From Pseudomonas sp. (GTDB taxonomy: Bacteria > Pseudomonadota > Gammaproteobacteria > Pseudomonadales > Pseudomonadaceae): DNA of 64,000 nt. A program made the position numbers and the translations under genes. A model generated the notes under the pieces. It saw only the letters and a program-made list of their open reading frames with translations, was not told the origin of the DNA and did not search any database. Of the stretch, positions 18,962 to 28,036 are shown one piece after another; the first letter of the stretch is position 1, and each line of letters starts with the position of its first letter. Location of the stretch: contig NZ_JAUYGD010000004.1 in assembly GCF_030690725.1 (NCBI RefSeq), forward strand, positions 117,327 through 181,326, written 5' to 3'.

Positions 18962-19609
18962 ATGCATGACGCTGATGCCGATCACGCCGAGCCGGATCGT
19001 ATTGCTGCGATCTTTATTCGCCATCCACTTTGGGAGGATGGTCTGGCGCTGCTGCTGGGTACGGCCATGGTGGCGTTGGGGATCACCCTCTACAGCCAGG
19101 CAGGTCTGCTGACGGGCGGCACCGTTGGCTTGGCCTTTCTGATGAAGTACCTGCTCGGCTGGCCGTTCGGTCTGGTGTTCTTTCTGATCAATCTGCCGTT
19201 CTACGCCCTGGCCATCTGGCGCATGGGCTGGCCGTTCACTCTGCGCACCTTCTGCGCGGTGGGGCTCGTTTCGCTGCTGGCTGAACTGACGCCGCAGTGG
19301 ATTGGCTTCACCCACCTGAACGTGGTGTATGCCGCGCTGTTCGGTGGTTTCGCCATGGGCCTGGGGTTGCTGATGCTGTTCCGTCACCGCGCCAGCCTGG
19401 GCGGGGTGAATATCCTCGCGCTGTACCTGCAGGAGCGTTTCGGCCTGCGTGCCGGCAAGGTGCAGATGGGCATAGACGTACTGATCGTACTGGGTGCGGT
19501 AATGGTCGTGCCGCTGGACAAGGTGGCGCTGTCGATCCTCGGCGCGCTTGCGCTGAATATGGTGCTGGCGATCAACCACCGCGCCGGGCGCTATATGGGC
19601 GTGAGCTAA
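18962..19609 (+). CDS. YitT family membrane protein
   Basis: LLTGGTVGL, INLPF, HRASLGG motifs; ~6 TM. Confidence 0.85.
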   Translation: MHDADADHAEPDRIAAIFIRHPLWEDGLALLLGTAMVALGITLYSQAGLLTGGTVGLAFLMKYLLGWPFGLVFFLINLPFYALAIWRMGWPFTLRTFCAVGLVSLLAELTPQWIGFTHLNVVYAALFGGFAMGLGLLMLFRHRASLGGVNILALYLQERFGLRAGKVQMGIDVLIVLGAVMVVPLDKVALSILGALALNMVLAINHRAGRYMGVS

Positions 19610-19611
19610 CA

Positions 19612-19645
19612 ACAAAAAGCCCGGCACTAGGCCGGGCTTTTGTTT
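19612..19645. terminator. Bidirectional intrinsic terminator
   Basis: AAAAGCCCGGC-ACTAG-GCCGGGCTTTT between convergent yitT and ilvD. Confidence 0.9.
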
Positions 19646-19658
19646 GCTGCGTGCTGGT

Positions 19659-21506
19659 TTACGGCATCAGTTTGTCCAGCATCGCCTTGTCGCGTACCGC
19701 GCCTTTATCGGCGCTGGTGGCGAGCAGGGCGTAGGCCTTGAGCGCTGTGGTGACTTTGCGCGGGCGCACTTCCACCGGCTTCCAGCCTTTCTTGTCCTGC
19801 TCGTGGCGGCGATGGGCGATTTCTTCATCGCTGACCAGCAGGTTGATGGTGCGGTTGGGGATGTCGATCAGCACCTTGTCGCCGTCACGCACCAGGCCGA
19901 TTGCACCGCCTGCAGCCGCTTCCGGTGAAACGTGGCCGATCGACAGGCCCGAGGTGCCGCCGGAGAAGCGGCCGTCGGTGAGCAGGGCGCAGGCTTTGCC
20001 CAGGCCTTTGGATTTCAGGTACGAGGTTGGGTAGAGCATTTCCTGCATGCCTGGGCCGCCTTTCGGGCCTTCGTAGCGGATGATGACGATGTCACCAGCC
20101 TGCACTTCGTCGGCGAGGATGCCGCGCACGGCGCTGTCCTGGCTTTCGAAGATTTTCGCGCTGCCTTCGAAAACGTGGATCGACTCATCGACGCCGGCGG
20201 TTTTCACCACGCAGCCGTCGAGGGCGATGTTGCCGTAGAGCACTGCCAGGCCGCCTTCTTGCGAGTACGCATGCTCGACGCTGCGGATACAGCCGTTTTC
20301 ACGGTCGTCATCCACCGTATCCCAGCGGGTGCTCTGGCTGAATGCGGTCTGGGTCGGGATGCCGGCCGGGCCCGCACGGAAGAAGGTGTGCACGGCTTCA
20401 TCGTCGGTCTGGGTGATGTCCCATTTGGCAATGGCTTCGGCCATGGACTTGCTGTGTACGGTCGGCAGGTCGGTGTGCAGCAGGCCGCCACGGGCCAGGG
20501 AGCCAAGGATGGAGAAGATGCCGCCGGCGCGGTGCACGTCTTCCATATGGTACTTCTGGATGTTCGGTGCGACTTTGCACAGCTGCGGCACTTTGCGCGA
20601 CAGGCGGTCGATGTCGCGCAGGTCGAAATCGACTTCGCCTTCCTGTGCGGCGGCCAGCAGGTGCAGGATGGTGTTGGTTGAGCCACCCATGGCGATGTCC
20701 AGGGTCATGGCGTTTTCGAACGCCTTGAAGTTGGCGATGTTGCGCGGCAGCACCGACTCGTCGCCTTCACCGTAATAGCGTTTGCACAGCTCGACGGCAG
20801 TGCGCCCGGCTTGCAGGAACAGCTGCTCGCGGTCGCTGTGGGTGGCCAGAGTCGAGCCGTTACCCGGTAGTGCCAGGCCAAGGGCTTCCATCAGGCAGTT
20901 CATCGAGTTGGCGGTGAACATGCCGGAGCAGCTGCCGCAGGTCGGGCAGGCGCTGCGCTCATATTCGGCAACTTTTTCGTCACTGGCCGAATCGTCGGCG
21001 GCGATCACCATGGCATCGACCAGATCCAGGCCGTGGCTGGCCAGCTTGGTTTTGCCAGCTTCCATCGGGCCGCCGGAAACGAAGATCACCGGGATATTCA
21101 GGCGCAGGGAGGCCAGCAGCATGCCGGGGGTGATCTTGTCGCAGTTACTGATGCAGACGATGGCGTCGGCGCAGTGGGCGTTGACCATATATTCGACGGA
21201 GTCGGCGATGATCTCGCGGCTCGGCAGCGAATAGAGCATGCCGTCATGGCCCATGGCGATGCCGTCATCGACTGCGATGGTGTTGAATTCCTTGGCCACG
21301 CCGCCGTGTTTCTCGATCTCGCGGGCCACCAGCTGGCCCATGTCCTTCAGGTGTACGTGGCCGGGCACGAACTGGGTGAAGGAGTTGGCGATGGCGATGA
21401 TCGGCTTCTTGAAGTCTTCGTCCTTCATCCCGGTGGCACGCCACAAGGCGCGAGCGCCGGCCATATTGCGGCCGTGGGTGGAGGTCTTCGAGCGGTAATC
21501 AGGCAT
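19659..21506 (-). CDS. ilvD: Dihydroxy-acid dehydratase
   Basis: [50 protein letters not shown]. Confidence 0.99.
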   Translation of the reverse strand: MPDYRSKTSTHGRNMAGARALWRATGMKDEDFKKPIIAIANSFTQFVPGHVHLKDMGQLVAREIEKHGGVAKEFNTIAVDDGIAMGHDGMLYSLPSREIIADSVEYMVNAHCADAIVCISNCDKITPGMLLASLRLNIPVIFVSGGPMEAGKTKLASHGLDLVDAMVIAADDSASDEKVAEYERSACPTCGSCSGMFTANSMNCLMEALGLALPGNGSTLATHSDREQLFLQAGRTAVELCKRYYGEGDESVLPRNIANFKAFENAMTLDIAMGGSTNTILHLLAAAQEGEVDFDLRDIDRLSRKVPQLCKVAPNIQKYHMEDVHRAGGIFSILGSLARGGLLHTDLPTVHSKSMAEAIAKWDITQTDDEAVHTFFRAGPAGIPTQTAFSQSTRWDTVDDDRENGCIRSVEHAYSQEGGLAVLYGNIALDGCVVKTAGVDESIHVFEGSAKIFESQDSAVRGILADEVQAGDIVIIRYEGPKGGPGMQEMLYPTSYLKSKGLGKACALLTDGRFSGGTSGLSIGHVSPEAAAGGAIGLVRDGDKVLIDIPNRTINLLVSDEEIAHRRHEQDKKGWKPVEVRPRKVTTALKAYALLATSADKGAVRDKAMLDKLMP

Positions 21507-21771
21507 GGCGATAAATCCTGCAAAGGCTATTCAGGTCACGCGTGCACAGGCGAGGGCGCTGTGCGGGCAACGGGCTGTTGGTGCGTATGTTGAGCCGGGT
21601 TCAGGCCCAAGGCAAACGCAAGTGCGCATCTACCGGGCCGGGGCGCTGCCTGGCGCGGGGTGGGCGCTGGCGTGGCTGGGCTACAAGGTCTGCCTGGATA
21701 GGGCAGGAGAGCGCCGATTCTAATCCTTCGGCGCGCTCGCAAGGAAGGCCGGTATGCCCAGCGGTGTGGGC

Positions 21772-23118
21772 TCAGTTCAGGCTCAGCACCTGGCTGGCGA
21801 TGGCGAAGTACACCAGTACGCCCGAGGCGTCGGCGATTGAGGTGATCAGCGGGGCGCTGGCGGTGGCGGGATCGAGGCCCAGGCGGTGCAGCACGAAGGG
21901 CAGGCTCATGCCGATCAGGCTGCCGACTATGACAATCACCACCATGCTGCTGGCGACCACCAGGGCGATCTCCGGGCCGCCGCGTAGCAGGCCGAGCAGG
22001 GACACGGCAACAGCCATGGTGATGCCCAGCGCCAGGGCTACCAGGCATTCGCGGCGCAGCAAGCCGAGCCAGTCACGCAGCACCACCTCGCCAGTGGCCA
22101 GGGCGCGGACCATCAGGGTGGCCGATTGCGAGCCGGCGTTGCCGCCACTGTCGACCAGCAGCGGGAGGAAGAACACCAGGGCAATATTGGCCGCGATCAC
22201 GTCTTCAAAGGCGGCGATGCCGGCCCCGGAAAACAGGTTGCCGAACACCAGCAATACCAGCCAGAACACCCGCTTGCGGTAGAGCAGGCTGATGCTGGCG
22301 TCCTTCAGGTTGCCGATCAGGGTGCTGACGCCCGCGCCTTTGTGGAAATCCACCGTGGCTTCTGCGGTTACCACATCCATGGCGTCGTCGTAGGTGACGA
22401 TGCCCACCAGTTGCGCGCCGCCATTGGTGATCGGTAGCGCCAGCAGGTCATAGCGCTCGATCAGTTTGGCCACCTGCTCCTGGGGCGTGTTGACCTGGGC
22501 GCTGATCACCTCGCGCACCATTAGCTGGCTGATCGGTGTGTCGGCCGGTGCGAGGATCAGCTGGCGCAGTGACACGGTGCCGAGCAGCCGTCGCTGGTTG
22601 TCGATGACATAGCTCTGGTACAGGGTTTCCGCATCCGGCGCACCCAGGCGCAAGGCGTCGATGGCTTGGTCTACGCGCATATCCGCGCTCAGGGTGGCGT
22701 AGGCCGAGGTCATCAGCGCACCTGCGCAGCCTTCGGGGTACTCGGCCAGTTTGCACAGGTCTTCGCGTTCAGCCTGGGCCAGGGCCGGTAGCAAGGTGGC
22801 GCGCAATTCGTCATCCATCTGGTTGAACAGGTCGGCACGCTCGTCGGCAGACATAGCGGCGACCAGTTCCACCAGTTCAGCACGCTGCAGGTGGTGGCTG
22901 AGGGCCAGTTGCTGGGGCGTGGCGCAGTAGCCGAAGACATCGGCGCGACGCTTGGCCGGCAATTGCTCGAGTACGCGCCAGGCCAGGTGGGTTTCCAGCA
23001 GATCGAGGGTGTCAGCGAGGTCGGCCGGCTGCAGGCTGTGCACGGCCGCCAGGGCGCTGCTTAGGTCGTTCTGCTGCAGGGCGACGCGCAGGTTTTGCGC
23101 AAGGGTGAAGACATTCAT
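21772..23118 (-). CDS. mgtE: Magnesium transporter MgtE
   Basis: MgtE_N helical domain, CBS pair, GGNAGSQSAT, LDPATASAPLITSIAD. Confidence 0.95.
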   Translation of the reverse strand: MNVFTLAQNLRVALQQNDLSSALAAVHSLQPADLADTLDLLETHLAWRVLEQLPAKRRADVFGYCATPQQLALSHHLQRAELVELVAAMSADERADLFNQMDDELRATLLPALAQAEREDLCKLAEYPEGCAGALMTSAYATLSADMRVDQAIDALRLGAPDAETLYQSYVIDNQRRLLGTVSLRQLILAPADTPISQLMVREVISAQVNTPQEQVAKLIERYDLLALPITNGGAQLVGIVTYDDAMDVVTAEATVDFHKGAGVSTLIGNLKDASISLLYRKRVFWLVLLVFGNLFSGAGIAAFEDVIAANIALVFFLPLLVDSGGNAGSQSATLMVRALATGEVVLRDWLGLLRRECLVALALGITMAVAVSLLGLLRGGPEIALVVASSMVVIVIVGSLIGMSLPFVLHRLGLDPATASAPLITSIADASGVLVYFAIASQVLSLN

Positions 23119-23122
23119 TGTT

Positions 23123-23158
23123 GCTCTCCTGGGCACACGCCATGCGCGCCTGGAGAGC
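23123..23158 (-). promoter_or_regulatory. Hairpin sequestering the mgtE Shine-Dalgarno
   Basis: mRNA GCUCUCC-A-GGCGCGC-loop-GUGUGCC-CA-GGAGAGC; 3' arm contains GGAG just upstream of the AUG. Confidence 0.6.
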
Positions 23159-23163
23159 CGTGA

Positions 23164-23259
23164 TCAGAACGTGCTGATACGGGCCTGCAGACGTGCCGTT
23201 GACGGGTACGCCGGTTGCCAAGTTGTAGCCACTAAGGGGCAATAACTGGGAAGGTCCAT
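23164..23259 (-). CDS. Candidate 31-aa leader peptide upstream of mgtE (MDLPSYCPLVATTWQPAYPSTARLQARISTF)
   Basis: ATG 23259 to TGA 23164; four Pro codons; stop 5 nt before the anti-SD hairpin; RBS weak. Confidence 0.4.
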   Translation of the reverse strand: MDLPSYCPLVATTWQPAYPSTARLQARISTF

Positions 23260-23349
23260 TAAGGTCTGATCTCTGATACCGCTTATGCGGCGGCGCGATG
23301 GTAGGCAGCGAGAGGTGGTCGGTCAACCGACTGGAGAGGCTTTGGCGCA

Positions 23350-23383
23350 GTCGTTCAGGTCAGGTTCAGCTGGCCTGAACGAC
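23350..23383. terminator. Hairpin at end of ABC operon (possible terminator)
   Basis: GTCGTTCAGGTCAG/CTGGCCTGAACGAC inverted repeat; no clear U-tract. Confidence 0.5.
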
Positions 23384-23396
23384 GCAGGGGCAGAGG

Positions 23397-24251
23397 CTAT
23401 TCGATCAGCTCGATCCCGCGCATGCGCTCGGCGCGGCGGCGCAGCAGTTCGATGGTCACCAGCAGGGCGATAGACACCAAGATCAGCAGGGTGGCGATGG
23501 CCAAGATGCTCGGGTTGATCTGCTCGCGCAGGCCCGAAAACATCTGCCGGGGGATGGTGCGTTGTTGTGGGCCGGCCATAAACAGGATCACCACCACCTC
23601 ATCGAACGAGGTGATAAAGGCGAACAGCGCGCCGGAAATCACCCCAGGGCGGATCAGCGGCATGATGATGTCGAAGAACACCCGCAGCGGCGTGGCGCCC
23701 AGGTTCAGCGCCGCGCGAGCCAGGCTGTAGTCGAAACCGGTGAGGGTGGCGGTCACGGTGATGATCACGAACGGCGTGCCCAGCGCGGCGTGGGCGATGA
23801 TCACCCCGAGGTAGTTGCCGGCCAGACCCAGATCCGAATAGAAGAAGAACATCCCTGCGGCGGTAATGATCAGCGGCACGATCATCGGCGACAGCAGCAG
23901 CGCGGTGATCAGCCGGCGCATCGGCATATCATCGCGGGCCAGGCCGACCGCCGCGCAAGTACCGAGCACGGTGGCGATCAGGGTGGCGAAGATGCCGATC
24001 AGAAAGCTGTTCTTGATCGCCAGCAGCCACTTGTCGTCACTGAAGATGGCGCTGTACCAGCGCAGTGAATAGGCTTCGGGCTGCAGGGTGAGCATGCCTT
24101 CGGTAAAGCTGAAGAACGGCTCGACGTTGAATGACAGCGGGATGATCACCAGGATCGGCAGAATCAGAAACAGCAGCACCAGCCAGGAGCTGGTCTTCAA
24201 GAGCCAGGCGCCGAGGTGATGCCAGAAGCCGTAGTAGGCGGGAATCTTCAT
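23397..24251 (-). CDS. ABC transporter permease (PotC-like)
   Basis: SLRWY, PMIVP, EAA-like loop ARAALNLGA, SFDE motif. Confidence 0.92.
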   Translation of the reverse strand: MKIPAYYGFWHHLGAWLLKTSSWLVLLFLILPILVIIPLSFNVEPFFSFTEGMLTLQPEAYSLRWYSAIFSDDKWLLAIKNSFLIGIFATLIATVLGTCAAVGLARDDMPMRRLITALLLSPMIVPLIITAAGMFFFYSDLGLAGNYLGVIIAHAALGTPFVIITVTATLTGFDYSLARAALNLGATPLRVFFDIIMPLIRPGVISGALFAFITSFDEVVVILFMAGPQQRTIPRQMFSGLREQINPSILAIATLLILVSIALLVTIELLRRRAERMRGIELIE

Positions 24252-24261
24252 TGTCTGTTCC

Positions 24262-25494
24262 TTAGCCCAATTTGATATTGCTGGCGCCGACAAAACGGTC
24301 GTACAGCCAGTACAGCAGCAGGATCAGGCCGAGCAGCAGGGAGCCCAGCGCGGCGGCCAGTTCCCAGTTGTTCGAGCGCTGCATATGGAAGGCGATGATG
24401 TTGCTGATCATCTGCCCATCGGTGCCGCCTACCAGTGCCGGGGTGATGTAGTAGCCCACGGAAATGATGAACACCAGCAGCGCGCCGGCGCTCAGGCCCG
24501 GCAGGGTCATCGGGAAGTAGATGCGCAAGAACGCCGGAATCGGCCGCGCGCCCAGCGACAGCGCCGCGCGCAGGTAACTGGGGTCGATGCCGCGCATCAC
24601 GCTGTACAGCGGCAGGATCATAAACGGCAGCAGGATATGGGTCATCGCCACCACCGTGGCGAACGAGGTGTAGAGCATCTCGATGGGTTGGCCGATTACG
24701 CCGATGCCGAGCAGGAAGGAGTTGATCACCCCGTTGGTCTGCAGCAGGGCGATCCAGGCCGTGGTGCGCACCAGCAGCGAGGTCCAGAACGGCAACAGCA
24801 CCAGTACCAATAACAGGTTGGCGCGGTTCTCCGGCAGGCCAGCCAGGTAGTAGGCCAGCGGGTAGCCGAGCAACGCACAGAAGATGGTGATGACCAGCGC
24901 CATGGTCAGGGTCTTGCTGTATAGCTGCAGGTAGATCTGCGTGTCTTCGCGCACCTGAATGCCATGCTCGGGGTGCAGTTCCAGGTCGAGCGCGGTCAGG
25001 TAATAGTCATAGGTGTAGGGTTTGCCTGCGCGCTGGATGGCGTACCAGATTTCCGGCTTGCTCCAGTTGCGGTGCGACTTGAGCAGGATGTCGGCGCCTT
25101 CCTGCTGCAGTTGTGCATCTTGCAGTCGGCTGAGCTTGCGCGCGCTGGCCTTGACCACGCTGGACATGCCCGCCGAGGCGCGGTTGAACTCTTCGGCCAA
25201 TTTGCCGGACTGGCGCTCTTTGGCCAGGCTATGCAGCTCCTGGGCGAATACGCTCAGGGTCTGTTGATCGGGTGTGGCTTTGCCGTCCCAGCGTTGCAAC
25301 TCGTGCAGGGTCAGCGGAATCAGGGCGGCCACCGTCGGGTGATGGACGCTGCGCCAGAGCATGCTGGCAATCGGTGCGACGAAGGTCAGCAGGATAAACA
25401 CCAGCAGCGGCACGACAAACAGAAAGGCGGTGAGGCGCTTCTTGTTGCGGGCACTGGAGGCTTGGCTGGCTTCGGTAGACGTAAGGGAGGACAA
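24262..25494 (-). CDS. ABC transporter permease (PotB-like) with enlarged periplasmic domain
   Basis: LPFWTSLLVRT, LPFMILPLY, RAALSLGA; TTG 25494 has GGAG RBS, and the upstream ATG 25542 lies in a hairpin. Confidence 0.9.
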   Translation of the reverse strand: MSSLTSTEASQASSARNKKRLTAFLFVVPLLVFILLTFVAPIASMLWRSVHHPTVAALIPLTLHELQRWDGKATPDQQTLSVFAQELHSLAKERQSGKLAEEFNRASAGMSSVVKASARKLSRLQDAQLQQEGADILLKSHRNWSKPEIWYAIQRAGKPYTYDYYLTALDLELHPEHGIQVREDTQIYLQLYSKTLTMALVITIFCALLGYPLAYYLAGLPENRANLLLVLVLLPFWTSLLVRTTAWIALLQTNGVINSFLLGIGVIGQPIEMLYTSFATVVAMTHILLPFMILPLYSVMRGIDPSYLRAALSLGARPIPAFLRIYFPMTLPGLSAGALLVFIISVGYYITPALVGGTDGQMISNIIAFHMQRSNNWELAAALGSLLLGLILLLYWLYDRFVGASNIKLG

Positions 25495-25513
25495 GGCGTT
25501 ACTCCGAAAATCC

Positions 25514-25541
25514 TGACCCCTCTCCGGCAGGAGAGGGGTCA
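25514..25541. promoter_or_regulatory. Perfect 12-bp intercistronic hairpin
   Basis: TGACCCCTCTCC-GGCA-GGAGAGGGGTCA between SBP and permease genes. Confidence 0.7.
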
Positions 25542-25548
25542 TAGCGGG

Positions 25549-26622
25549 TTACTTCAACAGCCACTCGTTGAATTTCTCACCGAGGGATTCGCCATAGTCA
25601 GCCCAGAAGTCCGAACCGGCCTGGATGCCTTTGCTCAGGTGAGCGGTCGGCAGGTGCGGTGCGGCGCTTTGGTCAGCCAGCGGCATGGAGGATTTGCGGG
25701 TTGGGCCGTAAGCCACGTCCGGCATGCCGGCCAGTGGGGTGGAGCCAGTGGCGTAGGCAATGAACTTCAATGCCAGGTCCTTTTTCGGCGAGCCTTTGAC
25801 GATTGCCCAGGCGTCGAGGTCGTAGACGTGGCCGTCCCAGACAATAACGAAGGGTTTGTTTTCCTGGCGGATGGCGTCATAGAAGCGGCCGTTGGCTGAT
25901 TGCACCAGCACCGCGCCGCCATCGTTGAGCAGCTGTGGAGCCTGCGACCAGGAGTCGAACCAGACGATGTCCTTCTTGATAGTGTCCAGCTTGGCGAACG
26001 CGCGAGCCTGGCCTTCTGGGGTGGACAGCACGTCATAGACTTCGGCCGGTGGCACGCCATCAGCCAGCAGCGCCCATTCCATGTTCACCTGTGGGCGTTT
26101 GCGCAGGGCGCGCTTGCCGGCGATTTTGCTGGTGTCGAAGAAGTCGGTGATGCTCGCGGCCTTGGTGCCGCCGATGGTTTTCTCGTTGTAGGCGAACACC
26201 ACCGACCAGACGATATTGCCGACCGCGCACTCACTGGCCAGGGCTTCGGGGATAAAGTCCTTCTCGGCCGGTACGCCGTCCACGCCTGGTGGCAGGATGT
26301 CACGCGGGATGCTTTCTAGCAGGCCTTCGGAGCAGGCGCGCTCAAGGTCGATCACCTCGAAGTCGACCACGTCCCATTGAATATTGCCGGACTCGACCTG
26401 GGCTTTGATCTCGGCCACACCGCCGGTGTAGTCCTCGAACAGCACCTTGTTGCCGGTGTCTTTCATAAACGGGTCGATTACGTGTTTCTGCTGGGCCGCG
26501 CCGTAGGCACCGCCCCATGACACCACGGTGAGAGTTTCCTGCGCGCTGGCGGCGAAACTTGCCGTGCCTAGCGCGGCAGCTAAAGCGAAGGTGGAAAAGC
26601 GGGTGGTCAGTGTTCTAGCCAT
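25549..26622 (-). CDS. ABC substrate-binding protein, polyamine/opine (PotD-like) family
   Basis: Sec signal peptide AFA-ASA, VSWGGAYG, QWDVVD, ALLADGV, ANGR. Confidence 0.9.
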   Translation of the reverse strand: MARTLTTRFSTFALAAALGTASFAASAQETLTVVSWGGAYGAAQQKHVIDPFMKDTGNKVLFEDYTGGVAEIKAQVESGNIQWDVVDFEVIDLERACSEGLLESIPRDILPPGVDGVPAEKDFIPEALASECAVGNIVWSVVFAYNEKTIGGTKAASITDFFDTSKIAGKRALRKRPQVNMEWALLADGVPPAEVYDVLSTPEGQARAFAKLDTIKKDIVWFDSWSQAPQLLNDGGAVLVQSANGRFYDAIRQENKPFVIVWDGHVYDLDAWAIVKGSPKKDLALKFIAYATGSTPLAGMPDVAYGPTRKSSMPLADQSAAPHLPTAHLSKGIQAGSDFWADYGESLGEKFNEWLLK

Positions 26623-26648
26623 TGCTGTGCTCCATTGCTTCTTATAGG

Positions 26649-27761
26649 TCAGGGGGTTGTTACGGGGCGATCCAGGGCCTGGCTGTCTTGCGGCAGCCAG
26701 GCCAGGGCGACTTCTTCCTTGGCACTGAGTTGCGGGGCGCTGCTGTCATTCATGTTCTTCACCACCAGCTCGGTGCCGTCGGCGGTTTCGAAGTGGTAGC
26801 GGATGTATTCGCCGACATAGTGGCGGGTGACGAAACGCGCCATCACCTGGTTGCCGGCGGCGCCCAGGCGGTCGGTAAAGGTGAGTTTTTCCGGGCGTAT
26901 CGACACCGTGGTGGGCAGGCCGACTTCCGTGCAGTTGGCCTTCAGCGAATTGACCATGGCGCCGTCGTCCAGGCGCACTTCGACGGTCTCAGAACCGACC
27001 GATTCGATCACACCCTTGAGCTTGTTGCTCTCGCCGATAAAGTCGGCGACGAACAGGTTGGCCGGGCGCTCGTAGAGCACATGGGGCGGCGCGCATTGCT
27101 GAACGATGCCGTTATTGAACACGGCGATGCGGTCGCTCATGGTCAGGGCTTCGGTCTGGTCGTGGGTCACGTAGATCACGGTGAAGCCGAGCTGTTCGTG
27201 CAGGCGCTTGATCTCGAACTGCATCTGCTCGCGCAGCTTCTTGTCCAGGGCGCCGAGGGGTTCATCCATCAATACGATATCGGGGGCGAAGATCAGTGCG
27301 CGGGCCAGGGCCACACGCTGACGCTGGCCGCCGGAGAGCTGGCCGGGGAAGCGGTTGCCGAAATCCAGCAGCTCGACCAGCGACAAGTACTCGTCGACCT
27401 TAGCGCGAATTACTTCTTTGGGCTGCTTGCGGATTTTCAGCGGGTAGGCGAGGTTTTCGCGCAGGGTCATATGCGGAAACAGCGCGTACTGCTGGAACAC
27501 CATGCCGATATTGCGCTGGTAGGGTGCGATGCTGGTGACCGAGCGGCCGTTGATCAGGATCTCGCCGCTGGTCACGTCCTCGAACCCGGCGAGCATCATC
27601 AGGCAGGTGGTTTTACCCGAGCCGGACGGGCCGAGCAGGGTGATAAATTCGCCCTTGGCCACATCCAGGTTGAAATCCTTGACCACTAGATTTTTGTGGT
27701 CGTAAGTCTTCTTGACGTTGGTGAATTGCAGGAACGGTTTGTCCCCAGCCAGGTCAGCCAT
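26649..27761 (-). CDS. ABC ATPase (PotA-like) with TOBE domain
   Basis: GPSGSGKT, LSGGQRQR, MDEPLGALD, VTHDQ. Confidence 0.95.
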   Translation of the reverse strand: MADLAGDKPFLQFTNVKKTYDHKNLVVKDFNLDVAKGEFITLLGPSGSGKTTCLMMLAGFEDVTSGEILINGRSVTSIAPYQRNIGMVFQQYALFPHMTLRENLAYPLKIRKQPKEVIRAKVDEYLSLVELLDFGNRFPGQLSGGQRQRVALARALIFAPDIVLMDEPLGALDKKLREQMQFEIKRLHEQLGFTVIYVTHDQTEALTMSDRIAVFNNGIVQQCAPPHVLYERPANLFVADFIGESNKLKGVIESVGSETVEVRLDDGAMVNSLKANCTEVGLPTTVSIRPEKLTFTDRLGAAGNQVMARFVTRHYVGEYIRYHFETADGTELVVKNMNDSSAPQLSAKEEVALAWLPQDSQALDRPVTTP

Positions 27762-27876
27762 ACCCCTCCCCAAATGTGCTCTGAACAGACAGCAGCTTGT
27801 GGCCGTTATCTGAATGCTTGAATCCGCGCGCCCGTTTCTATGCTGTAACGGGTACTTGTTTGAATGTTCAAGTTAC

Positions 27877-27891
27877 GCAAGCACTGTGCCA
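27877..27891 (-). promoter_or_regulatory. Sigma-54 (-24/-12) promoter of the ABC operon
   Basis: Minus strand TGGCAC-AGTGC-TTGC, perfect consensus with correct GG-N10-GC spacing. Confidence 0.85.
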
Positions 27892-27992
27892 GGCAGCTGC
27901 GGCACATCGCGAGCGCTGCGGTGCTGGGGTCTAAGCCTAGTCCAGGCGCGGGGTTGCGCCAGGCGGGTGTGGGGAGTGGTAACAACGCGGGA

Positions 27993-28030
27993 GAGAAAGA
28001 AGCACCTGCCGACGCGCACTCGGCAGGTGC
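27993..28030 (-). terminator. Intrinsic terminator after rlmI
   Basis: GCACCTGCCGA-N7-TCGGCAGGTGC followed by TTCTTTCTC on the minus strand. Confidence 0.8.
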
Positions 28031-28036
28031 AGGTGC

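Noticed and set aside
21531-21629. 32-aa Cys-rich uORF in the ~200-nt ilvD leader as an Ile/Leu/Val attenuator
   Set aside because: Only 4 scattered Leu/Val codons, no RBS and no terminator/antiterminator pair visible; the long leader itself remains unexplained.
23119-23340. M-box (ykoK) or yybP-ykoY riboswitch upstream of mgtE
   Set aside because: Hallmark conserved sequences not recognisable; CCCGTCAAC alone is insufficient.
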